Positions 26,195 to 35,707 of a stretch of DNA of 64,000 nt are shown in pieces; within the stretch, counting starts at the first letter, position 1; each line of letters starts with the position of its first letter. A program made the translations under genes and the position numbers. This stretch comes from a virus (taxonomy: Duplodnaviria > Caudoviricetes). Under the pieces are notes generated by a model that saw nothing but the letters and a program-made list of their open reading frames with translations, was not told the DNA's origin and did not search any database. The DNA lies in IMG/VR virus record IMGVR_UViG_3300028805_000046, positions 96,001 to 160,000 of that record; one strand, 5' to 3'.

Positions 26195-26611
26195 ATGTTT
26201 AGATTAGACCAGAATCCAGATTTTAAGAATCAAGGCGAACTCTATAAGCCAAGTAACTATCTTGACCTTAATGGAGACGATCTTTCACAACAGGTCGTTA
26301 TTCATGGTACTGATGCGATTGACCAAGCCATTGAAGCAGTAATCGTAACTGAACCTTGGGAACGCCTTTTCAACATTGATTTTTGGTCTCCATTCTATAA
26401 GCTTCTTTTCAGTACAGCAAATAACGTAGATAGCATAGTAAGTGAAACTTTTGACATGATTGAGCGTTGGACAGGCGTCATCATTGAACGCAGCAAGGCC
26501 AATGTAGTCGTTGACTCCGACAATCATGAAGTAGCGCTTAGCATTCCGTATCTTTATGTAGACAACGGCACTACTTATTCACATACTTTCTCACGTGTTA
26601 TTAGCAAATAA
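26195..26611 (+). CDS. Baseplate wedge subunit, T4 gp25-like
   Basis: DAIDQAIEAVIVTEPWERLFNIDFWS…IERW; start reassigned to the ATG after AAGGA. Confidence 0.8.
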   Translation: MFRLDQNPDFKNQGELYKPSNYLDLNGDDLSQQVVIHGTDAIDQAIEAVIVTEPWERLFNIDFWSPFYKLLFSTANNVDSIVSETFDMIERWTGVIIERSKANVVVDSDNHEVALSIPYLYVDNGTTYSHTFSRVISK

Positions 26612-26637
26612 AGCAAATAAATATACTGAAGGTAAAC

Positions 26638-27078
26638 ATGGACTCAAAATTTACATTTAGCGATTACGTAGCGATGGTGATGAATAAGGCGTATAACCGT
26701 GAGGACATCAACGACACGCCTGCGGTTAGCGATGATTCGGGTCCAAGTCGTGAAATGTTCAATGCAGATCCAAAGAAATGGACTGCTAAGATCATTGACG
26801 GCGAAAAGATGCTTTTCTTCAATAATCGTTTCTTGAACATAACGAAATTGAAAGATGCACTTCAGAAAGTCTATAATGACAACGGATATCCACACTACGG
26901 ATTCAGCAAACTTGGCGAATCTGAGCTTGTACGATACAAGACGCTTCGTGATATCTTGATGAACGAATTTTTGGACGATATGGGTGAAGATGAACTTGAC
27001 CCTGAAGAAACTGCCCAGACAATTTTTGATAATGAGGCAAAGGACTTTAACTGGAAGCCAGAACAGTTGACAATGTAG
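26638..27078 (+). CDS. Hypothetical late protein
   Basis: Late promoter and AAGGT SD. Confidence 0.75.
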   Translation: MDSKFTFSDYVAMVMNKAYNREDINDTPAVSDDSGPSREMFNADPKKWTAKIIDGEKMLFFNNRFLNITKLKDALQKVYNDNGYPHYGFSKLGESELVRYKTLRDILMNEFLDDMGEDELDPEETAQTIFDNEAKDFNWKPEQLTM

Positions 27079-27085
27079 GTAGAAA

Positions 27086-27493
27086 ATGGCGCAGATTACA
27101 AATAAGTTACTTGAAGTAAGATTGAAAGTAGATGCTTGGATCATTGAAGAGACTTTGACACGAATGGGTATTCCCGACATCAAGAACAAAGTCTTATATC
27201 AGTCTTGTCATCTTTTGAAGCAGTTTGGTTCATACTATATTGCTCACTTCAAGCAGCTGTTTGTACTTAGCCGTGGTAAAGACGGCTACCCAGGTTTTGG
27301 CAACGTTTCGCTAGAAGACATTGAGCGTAGAAATTCCATTGCTTACTGTCTTATCAAATGGAATATGATTGAAGTAGTCAATCCCGAAGAAATTTCTGAA
27401 CATGCTACTCGCATATTCGTTTTGCCACATGCTGAAAAACATAAATGGCAGCTTATTAAGAAATTTAATGTCAAGAACATTAGCGAAGAATAG
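27086..27493 (+). CDS. regA: Translational repressor RegA
   Basis: ETLTRMGI…KVLYQSCH…YYIAHFK…RRNSIA..L..W matches T4 RegA. Confidence 0.95.
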   Translation: MAQITNKLLEVRLKVDAWIIEETLTRMGIPDIKNKVLYQSCHLLKQFGSYYIAHFKQLFVLSRGKDGYPGFGNVSLEDIERRNSIAYCLIKWNMIEVVNPEEISEHATRIFVLPHAEKHKWQLIKKFNVKNISEE

Positions 27494-27501
27494 AGGTTTA
27501 A

Positions 27502-28971
27502 ATGGCTGAACCACAGAAACAACAGAAAACAAAGACAGTAACTGGCAGAAAGAAGAATGCATTTGTCGCCAATGATTTTGCCAAGAATCTTGGTACTTGC
27601 GCTGCCATTCGTGCTACATTCAATTTAGGAAATTTCGTTGGAAAGGGAAATTCCGCAAAGGAACTTGCTGCAAATACGAAAATTCCTAACATGGAAGACG
27701 TTTATGAAATTGCTTGTGTAAATTTGCCTGAAGAAGCTTGGAAAGGCAAATCTGTTGATGCTATTTTCAGTTATCTTGCAGCAAAGAAGGTATTGAACGT
27801 TTATAAGGAAGCAGAGAAAAAAGTAGTCACTCAGAAAGGTGAAGAAATCACTGATGAAGCAGTTCTTAAAAACCCAGCTGTAATGAAAGACAGTAGCGGA
27901 AAGGCTTACTATCAAAAATTTAAGCGTGAAATGTTTGCTGAATTTGAATCTGGCATTGATGCAGCACGTACTGAACTTATGCAGGGCAAGCCTATTACAG
28001 ATCCTTACACCAAAGAAAAAGTTGACGCATCTAAAGCATCAAAGATTCTTAATGGCGTTGGAAAGGCTGTAAATGCTGCTGGTTCACAGATTGGCTATAT
28101 TCTTGGTTTAGACAAGTCAAATAAAGACATCTATTCAAAGATGCTGTTTTCAGTAATTGGTGGTGGTTCTAAACTTTGGGCTGCTGCAAAGAAGGCCGCT
28201 GCAACTGCAAAAGCAAAGAATCAGGAGCAAGGCAAAGAAAAGCCTGATGAAACAAAGCCTGAAGAACCGAAGAAAGAAATACCTGCGGAAGAACCGAAGA
28301 AAGAACCTGAAGGACAGGCAAACAATCCTGAGGGTGAAGAAGCACAGAAACCACAGCAGAAAGCAAATCCTGAACATCAGAAAATGGCTAATGAAATCAA
28401 AGATGATATTAGTGCATTAGCAGACAATCCAAACCCAGGTAGTTTGAAGACATTAGCTGGTAAAATCAAAAAATTTATAGCTACAAGTGGCAAAAAAGAA
28501 AATGTAAAAGCAACAATTCCACAATATAGAAATGCAGTTAAAGCATTACATGTAGAATCATTCACGGGTAAGTCTAAGTCTGAAACCTATTTTGAGATGA
28601 TACTTGCTGAAGATATGATTGACATGCTTGAAGATGAACAACCATCGCAAGCTACGCAGCAACAGCAGCCGTCAGTCAAATCGGAAATTGCTGCACTTAT
28701 AAATAAAATTAAAGAACTTGTTTTGATTAAAGACGATAATGAATTCAAGACAGAGTACGATAGATGGATAAAATCAGCAAAAGCATTGGTTGATAAAGCC
28801 ATAAAAGACAAAGAACTTAAAAAGAAACTGATAAATGAAACAAATCCATTAGATGCTCTTTGTCAGCTACCTGGATATATTCAACAGCAGAAACTTAATG
28901 CTAGTTTTGATGCAGAAATTGCAGATGTCGCTAACAAGTTCTTGAACATGCTTCGCGAAAAGTATAAGTAA
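27502..28971 (+). CDS. Hypothetical Lys/Glu-rich protein with a low-complexity linker (possible internal head protein)
   Basis: Long ORF with EEPKKE repeats. Confidence 0.8.
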   Translation: MAEPQKQQKTKTVTGRKKNAFVANDFAKNLGTCAAIRATFNLGNFVGKGNSAKELAANTKIPNMEDVYEIACVNLPEEAWKGKSVDAIFSYLAAKKVLNVYKEAEKKVVTQKGEEITDEAVLKNPAVMKDSSGKAYYQKFKREMFAEFESGIDAARTELMQGKPITDPYTKEKVDASKASKILNGVGKAVNAAGSQIGYILGLDKSNKDIYSKMLFSVIGGGSKLWAAAKKAAATAKAKNQEQGKEKPDETKPEEPKKEIPAEEPKKEPEGQANNPEGEEAQKPQQKANPEHQKMANEIKDDISALADNPNPGSLKTLAGKIKKFIATSGKKENVKATIPQYRNAVKALHVESFTGKSKSETYFEMILAEDMIDMLEDEQPSQATQQQQPSVKSEIAALINKIKELVLIKDDNEFKTEYDRWIKSAKALVDKAIKDKELKKKLINETNPLDALCQLPGYIQQQKLNASFDAEIADVANKFLNMLREKYK

Positions 28972-28992
28972 TACAAGAAACCACATTCACTC

Positions 28993-29027
28993 AATGCACG
29001 GAAATAAAATCCGTGCATTTCTTTTTT
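28993..29027 (+). terminator. Intrinsic terminator
   Basis: AATGCACGGA/TCCGTGCATT followed by a T run. Confidence 0.85.
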
Positions 29028-29064
29028 CTTCTAAAAATAGTTATATTTTAACTAGAGGTAGAAT

Positions 29065-29394
29065 ATGAAAAAGCGAGAATTAAAGCAATCAATTACAGAG
29101 ATGATAGCGCTGTTTAACTCAAAAGATCCTGACGCAATAATGAATAACCTTCACATGACATGGTCACAGTTATTTTCAGTCAATGTCAACAAGCAAGTGC
29201 TTTCGTGCTTGTTTTACTGGAACATCGTCAAAAAGCGAGATGATTTGCTGGAGTTGATTGTTGATGTAAAAGAAGACGAAAATTTTGACTACATTTACGA
29301 CAGAGTAGCAGACATTTGGGAGAAAAGGGCTAGAAAAGAGATAGACGAAGCAATCAAGGAGATTGAGTCCATACCTATTGAAGATCTCAAATAA
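29065..29394 (+). CDS. Hypothetical protein
   Basis: GAGGT SD; TATATT -10 upstream. Confidence 0.75.
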   Translation: MKKRELKQSITEMIALFNSKDPDAIMNNLHMTWSQLFSVNVNKQVLSCLFYWNIVKKRDDLLELIVDVKEDENFDYIYDRVADIWEKRARKEIDEAIKEIESIPIEDLK

Positions 29395-29419
29395 ATAAAA
29401 TAAACAATAGGTATTGAGT

Positions 29420-30469
29420 ATGGTTAACATGAGTCCAGAATATTTTGGTAAGCCGGGTTTGATTCCGCCAGGTGACTATTGTCACCCGCACCACCGTATA
29501 CCCAATGATGTGGAACATGCTTTTGTCGTTCCACCTGGACATGAGTGCTGTCCAGATGATGAGCCTGAATGCGTTTGTGTTACTTCAGGCGATGTAGCTA
29601 ACTGGAACCAAGCCTATGAAACAGTTTCAGGCATTTCTCCTGAAGACTGGGCTAAATTTGCGTCAGGCGCAAGTGCCTATGGAGAAATTGCTTCCAGTGC
29701 AGATAAGTGGAATGAAACATACGGATTAGTTCAGGAAGGCAAGCCTCAATGGGATCAGATTTCCGCCTTTGAAATGGCGCTTACTTCTGCATGTGACGAA
29801 TTGACTTCTGCTATCAATAGAAAGGCCGACAGTTTTTACGTAGATGAAAATTCTATTGAAGGCGATGGCACCAGCGCTAAGCCTTATGGCGTTCGTAACT
29901 ATCAGCAGTTGTTCATGAGTCGTGAACTTCTTAATTCAATCATCAGACACTTTAAGCAAGTAAATGACGAGAATTATCCACAGGTTATTACACTTGCAGA
30001 AAGCAGTGCATATTCTGGATATAATGTTCCGTTCCCAGCAAAAGAAAAAGATCCTCCTTGGATTTCCGATGCGATGGCTTGGTGGGTAAATGCCTTTGAT
30101 TATCGTTTTAATGACAATGATTTGACTGATGCTTCGCAGTGGGCAAGCATTGAGCATAACTGGTCAGCAATTCAAGAGCTTTGGAAACGCATTGGAGGTT
30201 ACGGTTCTGCGATAGCAGTTATTGAAGAACTCGTCAAGGAAAGCGTTAAGTATCAGAGCGGTGATTACATTAAAGTATCACAACTTTCAGATGATGTTTA
30301 TCAGATTGACCTTGACCAAAGCGCCGTTGATAAAATGGACAAAGGCGTTTCTGCATATAATGAGGTCAACGCTCTTAAGAACAAGATTGTAGAATACAAG
30401 TGGTCAACATCAGGAGCAGATCCTGCTGCTTGTGTAGGCAATAACATTATTTGGTTTAATGAGGACTAA
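29420..30469 (+). CDS. Putative fibre/whisker-like virion protein with a His/Cys-rich N-terminus
   Basis: Late promoter; WNxxY repeats, SIEGDGTSAKPYGV fibre-type motif, coiled segments. Confidence 0.55.
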   Translation: MVNMSPEYFGKPGLIPPGDYCHPHHRIPNDVEHAFVVPPGHECCPDDEPECVCVTSGDVANWNQAYETVSGISPEDWAKFASGASAYGEIASSADKWNETYGLVQEGKPQWDQISAFEMALTSACDELTSAINRKADSFYVDENSIEGDGTSAKPYGVRNYQQLFMSRELLNSIIRHFKQVNDENYPQVITLAESSAYSGYNVPFPAKEKDPPWISDAMAWWVNAFDYRFNDNDLTDASQWASIEHNWSAIQELWKRIGGYGSAIAVIEELVKESVKYQSGDYIKVSQLSDDVYQIDLDQSAVDKMDKGVSAYNEVNALKNKIVEYKWSTSGADPAACVGNNIIWFNED

Positions 30470-30793
30470 ATGGAAGCTATCTTGACGACAATTTTGAATA
30501 GTGGTAATGTTGTGGCAATCGTTTGCTTTATCATTTGCTATCTTGTGATATACTTTCAGCGTAAGAATACCGCTGCAGCTCGAGACGCGGCGATTATGGC
30601 GCTGGAGCAAGAAATTGCCAAACTTAAGACGGAGAAAGAGCTCATGAAAAAAGATATAGAAAATCTAAAGAACGAACACTCCGATATTAAAGAAGACGTT
30701 AAGGAGATTAAGACAACACTTCAAACTATGGCTTTGGCACTTGAGCGTCTCGCTACTACGTCTGAATTGTCTAATAAGAAAGGAGCTAAATAA
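30470..30793 (+). CDS. Single-TM coiled-coil protein, possible holin (BhlA/XhlA-like)
   Basis: N-terminal TM helix VVAIVCFIICYLVIYF followed by heptad repeats. Confidence 0.5.
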   Translation: MEAILTTILNSGNVVAIVCFIICYLVIYFQRKNTAAARDAAIMALEQEIAKLKTEKELMKKDIENLKNEHSDIKEDVKEIKTTLQTMALALERLATTSELSNKKGAK

Positions 30794-31188
30794 TGTTTAG
30801 AGATTTTGTGAATGAAAGCAAAGAGTTCAGTAAGTTAGAGGACAATCCTCTCATCTACACGCTTGTTATCGCAAAGCTTGCGAATAACTGCCCTGATGAA
30901 ACAAAGAAGGACGAAGTTCTTAAGAAGGTGATTGAAAAGGCTGAAACTGTCGCAAAGCAGTTTGACACAAAGGCACTTAAATCAATCTACTCACCGATTG
31001 GTCTGTTCGGCGTATTTGAAAAGGCAAACAAAGCAGATCTTAAGACGTACATTTCACAGTACTATGAATCATTTGAAACTGAAATCGCAAATGCAGAAAA
31101 ATCGTTTGCGGAGGCTTTTAAGATTCATCAAGCCTTCAAAGAGTTAAAAGACAGTGATGAATTTAAAGATTTTCTAAAGAGTTTATAA
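30793..31188 (+). CDS. Hypothetical protein with capsid-targeting-like N-terminus MFRDFVNE
   Basis: TAATG coupling; AAGGAG SD. Confidence 0.75.
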   Translation: MFRDFVNESKEFSKLEDNPLIYTLVIAKLANNCPDETKKDEVLKKVIEKAETVAKQFDTKALKSIYSPIGLFGVFEKANKADLKTYISQYYESFETEIANAEKSFAEAFKIHQAFKELKDSDEFKDFLKSL

Positions 31189-31220
31189 ATAATTTAGAAA
31201 AAGGTTTTAGGAGATAGAAC

Positions 31221-32012
31221 ATGGGAAAAACAGTAACAAAGAAGAATCGTAAAAAGTTGAGCCTTTCTGAAGGATTCCTTGACGGAGAGGAAGCGCCAAT
31301 CCAGTCACCAGAAAACACTGAGCCGGAACTTCCAGAAGAAGGCGTTCCTGCTAATGACGATCCTGATAATGATCCCGCTGAAGAACCAGTAGAAGGTGGC
31401 GAGCCTGCTCCGGAAGAAGGCACACCGGAAGAGTCACATGCAGAAGAAACCGGTGTTGAAGGCGCAAGCGATGATGACGTTCAACGTGACCAGCTTGACG
31501 CATTGCAGACATTGACTACTGCAGTTCAGGAACTTACCCAACAGATTAAGGATATGCAAGCAAATCAGGAACAGTCTGCAGAACCTGCTGCTGAACCTGC
31601 ACCAGCTGAGCCTGCATTGGAAGAACCTGCCGCTGAACCTGAAGGAGAGCCTGAAGGTGGTGAACCTGAGGGAGAACCAGAAGGCGAACCTGAATCAGAA
31701 GACGGAGAAGAAAAGCCAGCTAAGTCACACGACGATTTTGATGGCGAAGAAGAAAATTCCGAAGAAGATGAAAATGAATTGCCGCCAGAAAGTGCAACAG
31801 TTGAATCTGTAATGAAGGAACTTTGCGAACCAGGAAAGATCTTGAATGAAAACAGCAAATACATGACTGGAAAGATTTATCAGCATCGTTTTGATAAACT
31901 CGAACCAATTATCATGGCACTTGTTAAAGCCAAGATTAAGAACCGCGTTGATGGAGCACGTAAAGAATTCCGTGCTCAAGTATTCAAGCAGCAGTACGGC
32001 GACGGCGAATAA
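31221..32012 (+). CDS. Very acidic Pro/Glu-rich late protein (possible prohead core component)
   Basis: TATAAATA at 31184-31191, AGGAG SD, EPEG repeats. Confidence 0.75.
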   Translation: MGKTVTKKNRKKLSLSEGFLDGEEAPIQSPENTEPELPEEGVPANDDPDNDPAEEPVEGGEPAPEEGTPEESHAEETGVEGASDDDVQRDQLDALQTLTTAVQELTQQIKDMQANQEQSAEPAAEPAPAEPALEEPAAEPEGEPEGGEPEGEPEGEPESEDGEEKPAKSHDDFDGEEENSEEDENELPPESATVESVMKELCEPGKILNENSKYMTGKIYQHRFDKLEPIIMALVKAKIKNRVDGARKEFRAQVFKQQYGDGE

Positions 32013-32035
32013 TTCATAAAGTTCTAAAACCTGAG

Positions 32036-32062
32036 AGCGGTAGCGTTTTGCTACCGCTTTTT
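32036..32062 (+). terminator. Intrinsic terminator
   Basis: AGCGGTAGC/GCTACCGCT followed by a T run. Confidence 0.85.
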
Positions 32063-32082
32063 CCAGCCTAATAAATATTTTT

Positions 32083-32679
32083 ATGGAAGAACAGTTCAAA
32101 ACATTGTGCGATACATTTAACATCAAGCCTACCTCTGAAGAGAAGGTTAAAGAAGAACTTACCCCGCAAGTAGTTCAAGATTTGCGTGCTGAACGAGAAC
32201 AAGAAGAAAACGATGACGAAAAGAAAATCGTTACTTGGAAAGGTCAGAAGTATACGCTAAAGCATCTGAAACTACTTGAGACAATGTGGCAAGAGAAGAT
32301 ACACGCCGACGGCGATGTTCTTGAGACTCTTCGCCAGATGTGTAAAGTTGGCGCTGCCCCTCGTTACTTTGAAGTCTATTCTTCATTGTCTAGCACACAG
32401 GCATCGCACTTGAAGGAACTGGAACAGTTAAACAAGATCATCACTGATTATCAGGTTCAAGAAACACGTGAAGAACTGCAGCGTGCTAACATGGAACAGA
32501 AAGAACGCCTTATGCAGCTTAGAGCTGACCAAGGCGCTAACGGCGAAGGCGGTGGCGATACTTACATTCAGAACAATATGATCTTCACTTCATCGCAGCT
32601 CCTTGACATGGCTGAAAAGGCAGAGAAGGAAGCGATTGAAATTGAAAGTCAAATAGAACCAAAATTTAACTTAGAGTAG
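32083..32679 (+). CDS. Terminase small subunit, T4 gp16-like
   Basis: APRYFEVYSSL…LKEL…NNMIFTSSQLLDM resembles gp16 (SPRHMEVF…F.GS..EL). Confidence 0.65.
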   Translation: MEEQFKTLCDTFNIKPTSEEKVKEELTPQVVQDLRAEREQEENDDEKKIVTWKGQKYTLKHLKLLETMWQEKIHADGDVLETLRQMCKVGAAPRYFEVYSSLSSTQASHLKELEQLNKIITDYQVQETREELQRANMEQKERLMQLRADQGANGEGGGDTYIQNNMIFTSSQLLDMAEKAEKEAIEIESQIEPKFNLE

Positions 32680-32682
32680 GTA

Positions 32683-33720
32683 ATGCTTTATTCAGTTTTT
32701 TATAAGATAGAAAATCGTGATAAGTTCTTTTCGCGTTTCTGTAAGAGATATATAAAAACAACAGATGAGTCGCTTTACGAAAGTATAGTAGACACAAATG
32801 AAGAACTTATGGAATTGATTGTCAAGATGATTCTTGACGAAGACGAAGAAAATTTAATGTGTCTACTGGCAAAGCAAAACTCAAAGAATGCACGAATTTT
32901 CTTTGACTACTTTACTGGTTCTAAAACAAAGCACTTGAAGAAATTGGATATTGTAAAGGCAGTAGCTGCCTATTTTAAAAAGGAGAAACGAATGAAAGAC
33001 ATTTCTGAATTTATGTGTGAAAGGGTCAAGCCTATTAAGCTCACAGAATTTAAGTATGTTCCATTCAAGTTGACAGAAGCTGATGATGAACCGGATTTCG
33101 GCGAAACAGACACTGGAGACGCTGCATTCGGTGATGATGCACCAGCCGATGACGCCGCATTCGGTGATGATGGCGGATTTGGAGGCGATGACGGCGGTTT
33201 CGGAGGCGACGGCGGAGATCCGTTCGCTGAAGAAGGTGATGAAAACATTGATGGCAGCCAGAATAACGATGAACCGAATGAAGACGATCCTTATGATCTA
33301 GCAAATCATGAAGACGATCCTGACTTCGCTAACAACCAGAAGAAAGGCGAACTTGGCGAACCCGAGCCAAATGGCGCATGCGTCCTTGACGTAGACGGAA
33401 TCATGAAGTCGCTTAACGCTGTCATTGAAGCACTTCCTGACATTGAACTTGCTGAGATTGATGCAGTTAAGAAGGTCATCACAATCGTTTTCAACGGTAA
33501 GTTGCTTAAGGACGAAGATGTAATCTTCCAGAATCCGAAGAACGCTACTTATTTGCTTAAGAAAGTCGGTGAAAATGTTGATGAACGTACTTATCGTTAC
33601 TTGGTATTGAAGATCAAGCAAGCACTTACTAAGCTCCGTGATGCTCGCAAGGAAGAACTTGCCAAGATGAAGAACGATACTCAGAACGTTCGCAATACTC
33701 TTGCTGATATGGATAAATAA
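32683..33720 (+). CDS. Hypothetical protein with acidic Gly/Asp repeats; probable second in-frame start at 32992
   Basis: AAGGAG SD before the internal MKDISEFMCE; FGDD/FGGD repeats. Confidence 0.7.
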   Translation: MLYSVFYKIENRDKFFSRFCKRYIKTTDESLYESIVDTNEELMELIVKMILDEDEENLMCLLAKQNSKNARIFFDYFTGSKTKHLKKLDIVKAVAAYFKKEKRMKDISEFMCERVKPIKLTEFKYVPFKLTEADDEPDFGETDTGDAAFGDDAPADDAAFGDDGGFGGDDGGFGGDGGDPFAEEGDENIDGSQNNDEPNEDDPYDLANHEDDPDFANNQKKGELGEPEPNGACVLDVDGIMKSLNAVIEALPDIELAEIDAVKKVITIVFNGKLLKDEDVIFQNPKNATYLLKKVGENVDERTYRYLVLKIKQALTKLRDARKEELAKMKNDTQNVRNTLADMDK

Positions 33721-33749
33721 GTTAGAATTTGAGTTGATGTGAGGTTATT

Positions 33750-34907
33750 ATGCTAAGTGCCAGAACGAACGATGGCAAAGACTTAGTTCTTATCATTGCG
33801 GCTGACAGATCAGGATGCAGTCATTATCGCCTTAGATGGAACTCTTTGTTCTTGGGCGCTTATGAGCATCTTGGCTTCACGCCTATCGTATTGCCTTATC
33901 CGATGTTTGACGCATTCTACTTGTCAAGGGCTAAGGCAATTATTTTTCAGCGACCTGTTCATGATGACAAGATAGAATTTGTTCGCCGTTACAAGACTAT
34001 TCAGCCTAAGTACGGCTATAAGATGATCTTTGAAACAGATGACCAGGTTTTCTCTATTGATGGCGAAGTTCTGCCAGAATACAACACAGCAAGCCGTGGT
34101 TTCAATAAAGATGAAGTAGACAAGAACTGTGCTACTATTCTTCCGTGGTTTGATGAAATCGTTGTCTCGACAGAATATCTTAAAGAACAGATTGAAAAGA
34201 AGTTTGATGTTCATAACGTCACCGTGATTAAGAATGTAATTCCACGCTTCATGTGGAGTTTCCCTCGTAAAAAGGACATCACTGAGGATCTTAAGAAACC
34301 GACGATTCTTTATTCTGGTTCTCCTTGCCATTACCAGAACCCAGTCCCAAAATGCCAGATGTTCCCAAATGGTCTGCCTCCTCTTAAAGGCGACTTTGAC
34401 AACGTCTGGCTCGACTGGGTAATTAAGAATGTCAGAGAACACAAAATCAACTTTGTCGTAATGGGTGGTTTGCCTTGGTTCTTTGAACCTATCAAGGATG
34501 AAATCTATATCTGTCCTTGGGTAGATACGAACTCGTTCCCACGTCAGGTGATGGACTTGAACGCTGACTTCTGTATTGCCCCTCTTGTAGAGAATTCATT
34601 CAACAAGTGCAAGTCAAGCCTTCGTTTCTATGAATCTTGCGCTTCTGGAATGGTCTTTATGGGAACGGTCTTCAAGGACTCGCCATATCGTGATGCACAT
34701 CCAGATTCTCAAGTAAAGTTGAACTGTACATACACTGAGCTTGACGAACAGTTCTGGAAACTTTGCAAGAAGGAGAACTATAACAAGGTTCTTAACTGGC
34801 AGTATTCATTTATCAACACAAGCGGAACTTGGCTTGAAAGTGACAAGCATGTCAATCAGTGGCTAAATATGATTGACAATCAGTCAACAAGAAAAGATCT
34901 GATTTAA
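33750..34907 (+). CDS. Glycosyltransferase (GT-B fold)
   Basis: SGCSHYRL, FQRP, ETDD, VSTEYL, IAPLVENSFNKCKS.LRFYE. Confidence 0.85.
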   Translation: MLSARTNDGKDLVLIIAADRSGCSHYRLRWNSLFLGAYEHLGFTPIVLPYPMFDAFYLSRAKAIIFQRPVHDDKIEFVRRYKTIQPKYGYKMIFETDDQVFSIDGEVLPEYNTASRGFNKDEVDKNCATILPWFDEIVVSTEYLKEQIEKKFDVHNVTVIKNVIPRFMWSFPRKKDITEDLKKPTILYSGSPCHYQNPVPKCQMFPNGLPPLKGDFDNVWLDWVIKNVREHKINFVVMGGLPWFFEPIKDEIYICPWVDTNSFPRQVMDLNADFCIAPLVENSFNKCKSSLRFYESCASGMVFMGTVFKDSPYRDAHPDSQVKLNCTYTELDEQFWKLCKKENYNKVLNWQYSFINTSGTWLESDKHVNQWLNMIDNQSTRKDLI

Positions 34908-34919
34908 GATAAATAATAC

Positions 34920-35693
34920 ATGGAGAATTTAGAAGACTACGCATTGAATGAAGCACTACGTGTCAAGTGGGTAGTGCGTAACGGCAAACGAGTAAAGAAG
35001 TGGGTCACTACTAAGAAAGGTCGTTATCGTGTTGCTTTTGATAAAGACGGTAACCCTAAGGAAGTAAGAATCACTGCTACTGAAAGACGTAAACGCAAAA
35101 TTGGTCAGCGCCGTGGTAAACTCAAGAGAAAGTCAAGAATCGGTCTTATTGAGTTGAAACGTCGCAGATCTTTTATTGCTCGTCGTAATGTTGGTCTTCA
35201 GCACTATAACAAGAAATTGCCGGACATCGTTTTTTCTCGTGGTCCAGATGGACATCTTCCAAAGTTACAAGGACCAGATGAAGAAAGAACGATTCATCCA
35301 AATATGAAGGAGAGCCTTTTACTCGAGGCTCCTCATTCGTATCTTTTCACTGATGAAAATGGTAATGACTGGTGTTTTGATTTCTTCTCAGAATTAGTGA
35401 ACGATTCATCTTGGCTTGAACAGGTCATTGACATCTACACAAAGAATGAACTTGTTTCAATCAATCCAGACTACAGAGAGCAGGGCGGCGAGATTTACGA
35501 AATTGATGATGACATCAAAGCCCAGATAACTGACAATCTTATGGACAACATTGAGTTCATCAACATGGCAGCGCATGACTTTGTGCTTGCTGATGACGCA
35601 TTGAAGATAAGATTCAGAAATTCAGTTCCTGCTAAGCTTTATGCAAAAATGTTGCCAATGATAAACGTCTTCACTGCAAAATTGAATAAATAA
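34920..35693 (+). CDS. Prohead core protein gp68-like basic domain plus an acidic C-terminal domain
   Basis: LNEA…VRNGK…ERRKRKIGQRRGKLKRK…KRRRS..RR..GL pattern. Confidence 0.6.
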   Translation: MENLEDYALNEALRVKWVVRNGKRVKKWVTTKKGRYRVAFDKDGNPKEVRITATERRKRKIGQRRGKLKRKSRIGLIELKRRRSFIARRNVGLQHYNKKLPDIVFSRGPDGHLPKLQGPDEERTIHPNMKESLLLEAPHSYLFTDENGNDWCFDFFSELVNDSSWLEQVIDIYTKNELVSINPDYREQGGEIYEIDDDIKAQITDNLMDNIEFINMAAHDFVLADDALKIRFRNSVPAKLYAKMLPMINVFTAKLNK

Positions 35694-35707
35694 GGTAGAG
35701 GCAATAA

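Noticed and set aside
31560-31700. GAACCTGAAGG-type and GGCGATGACGGC-type (33120-33215) tandem repeats as DNA repeat elements
   Set aside because: They are in-frame codon repeats encoding low-complexity EPEG and FGGD linkers, with synonymous variation.
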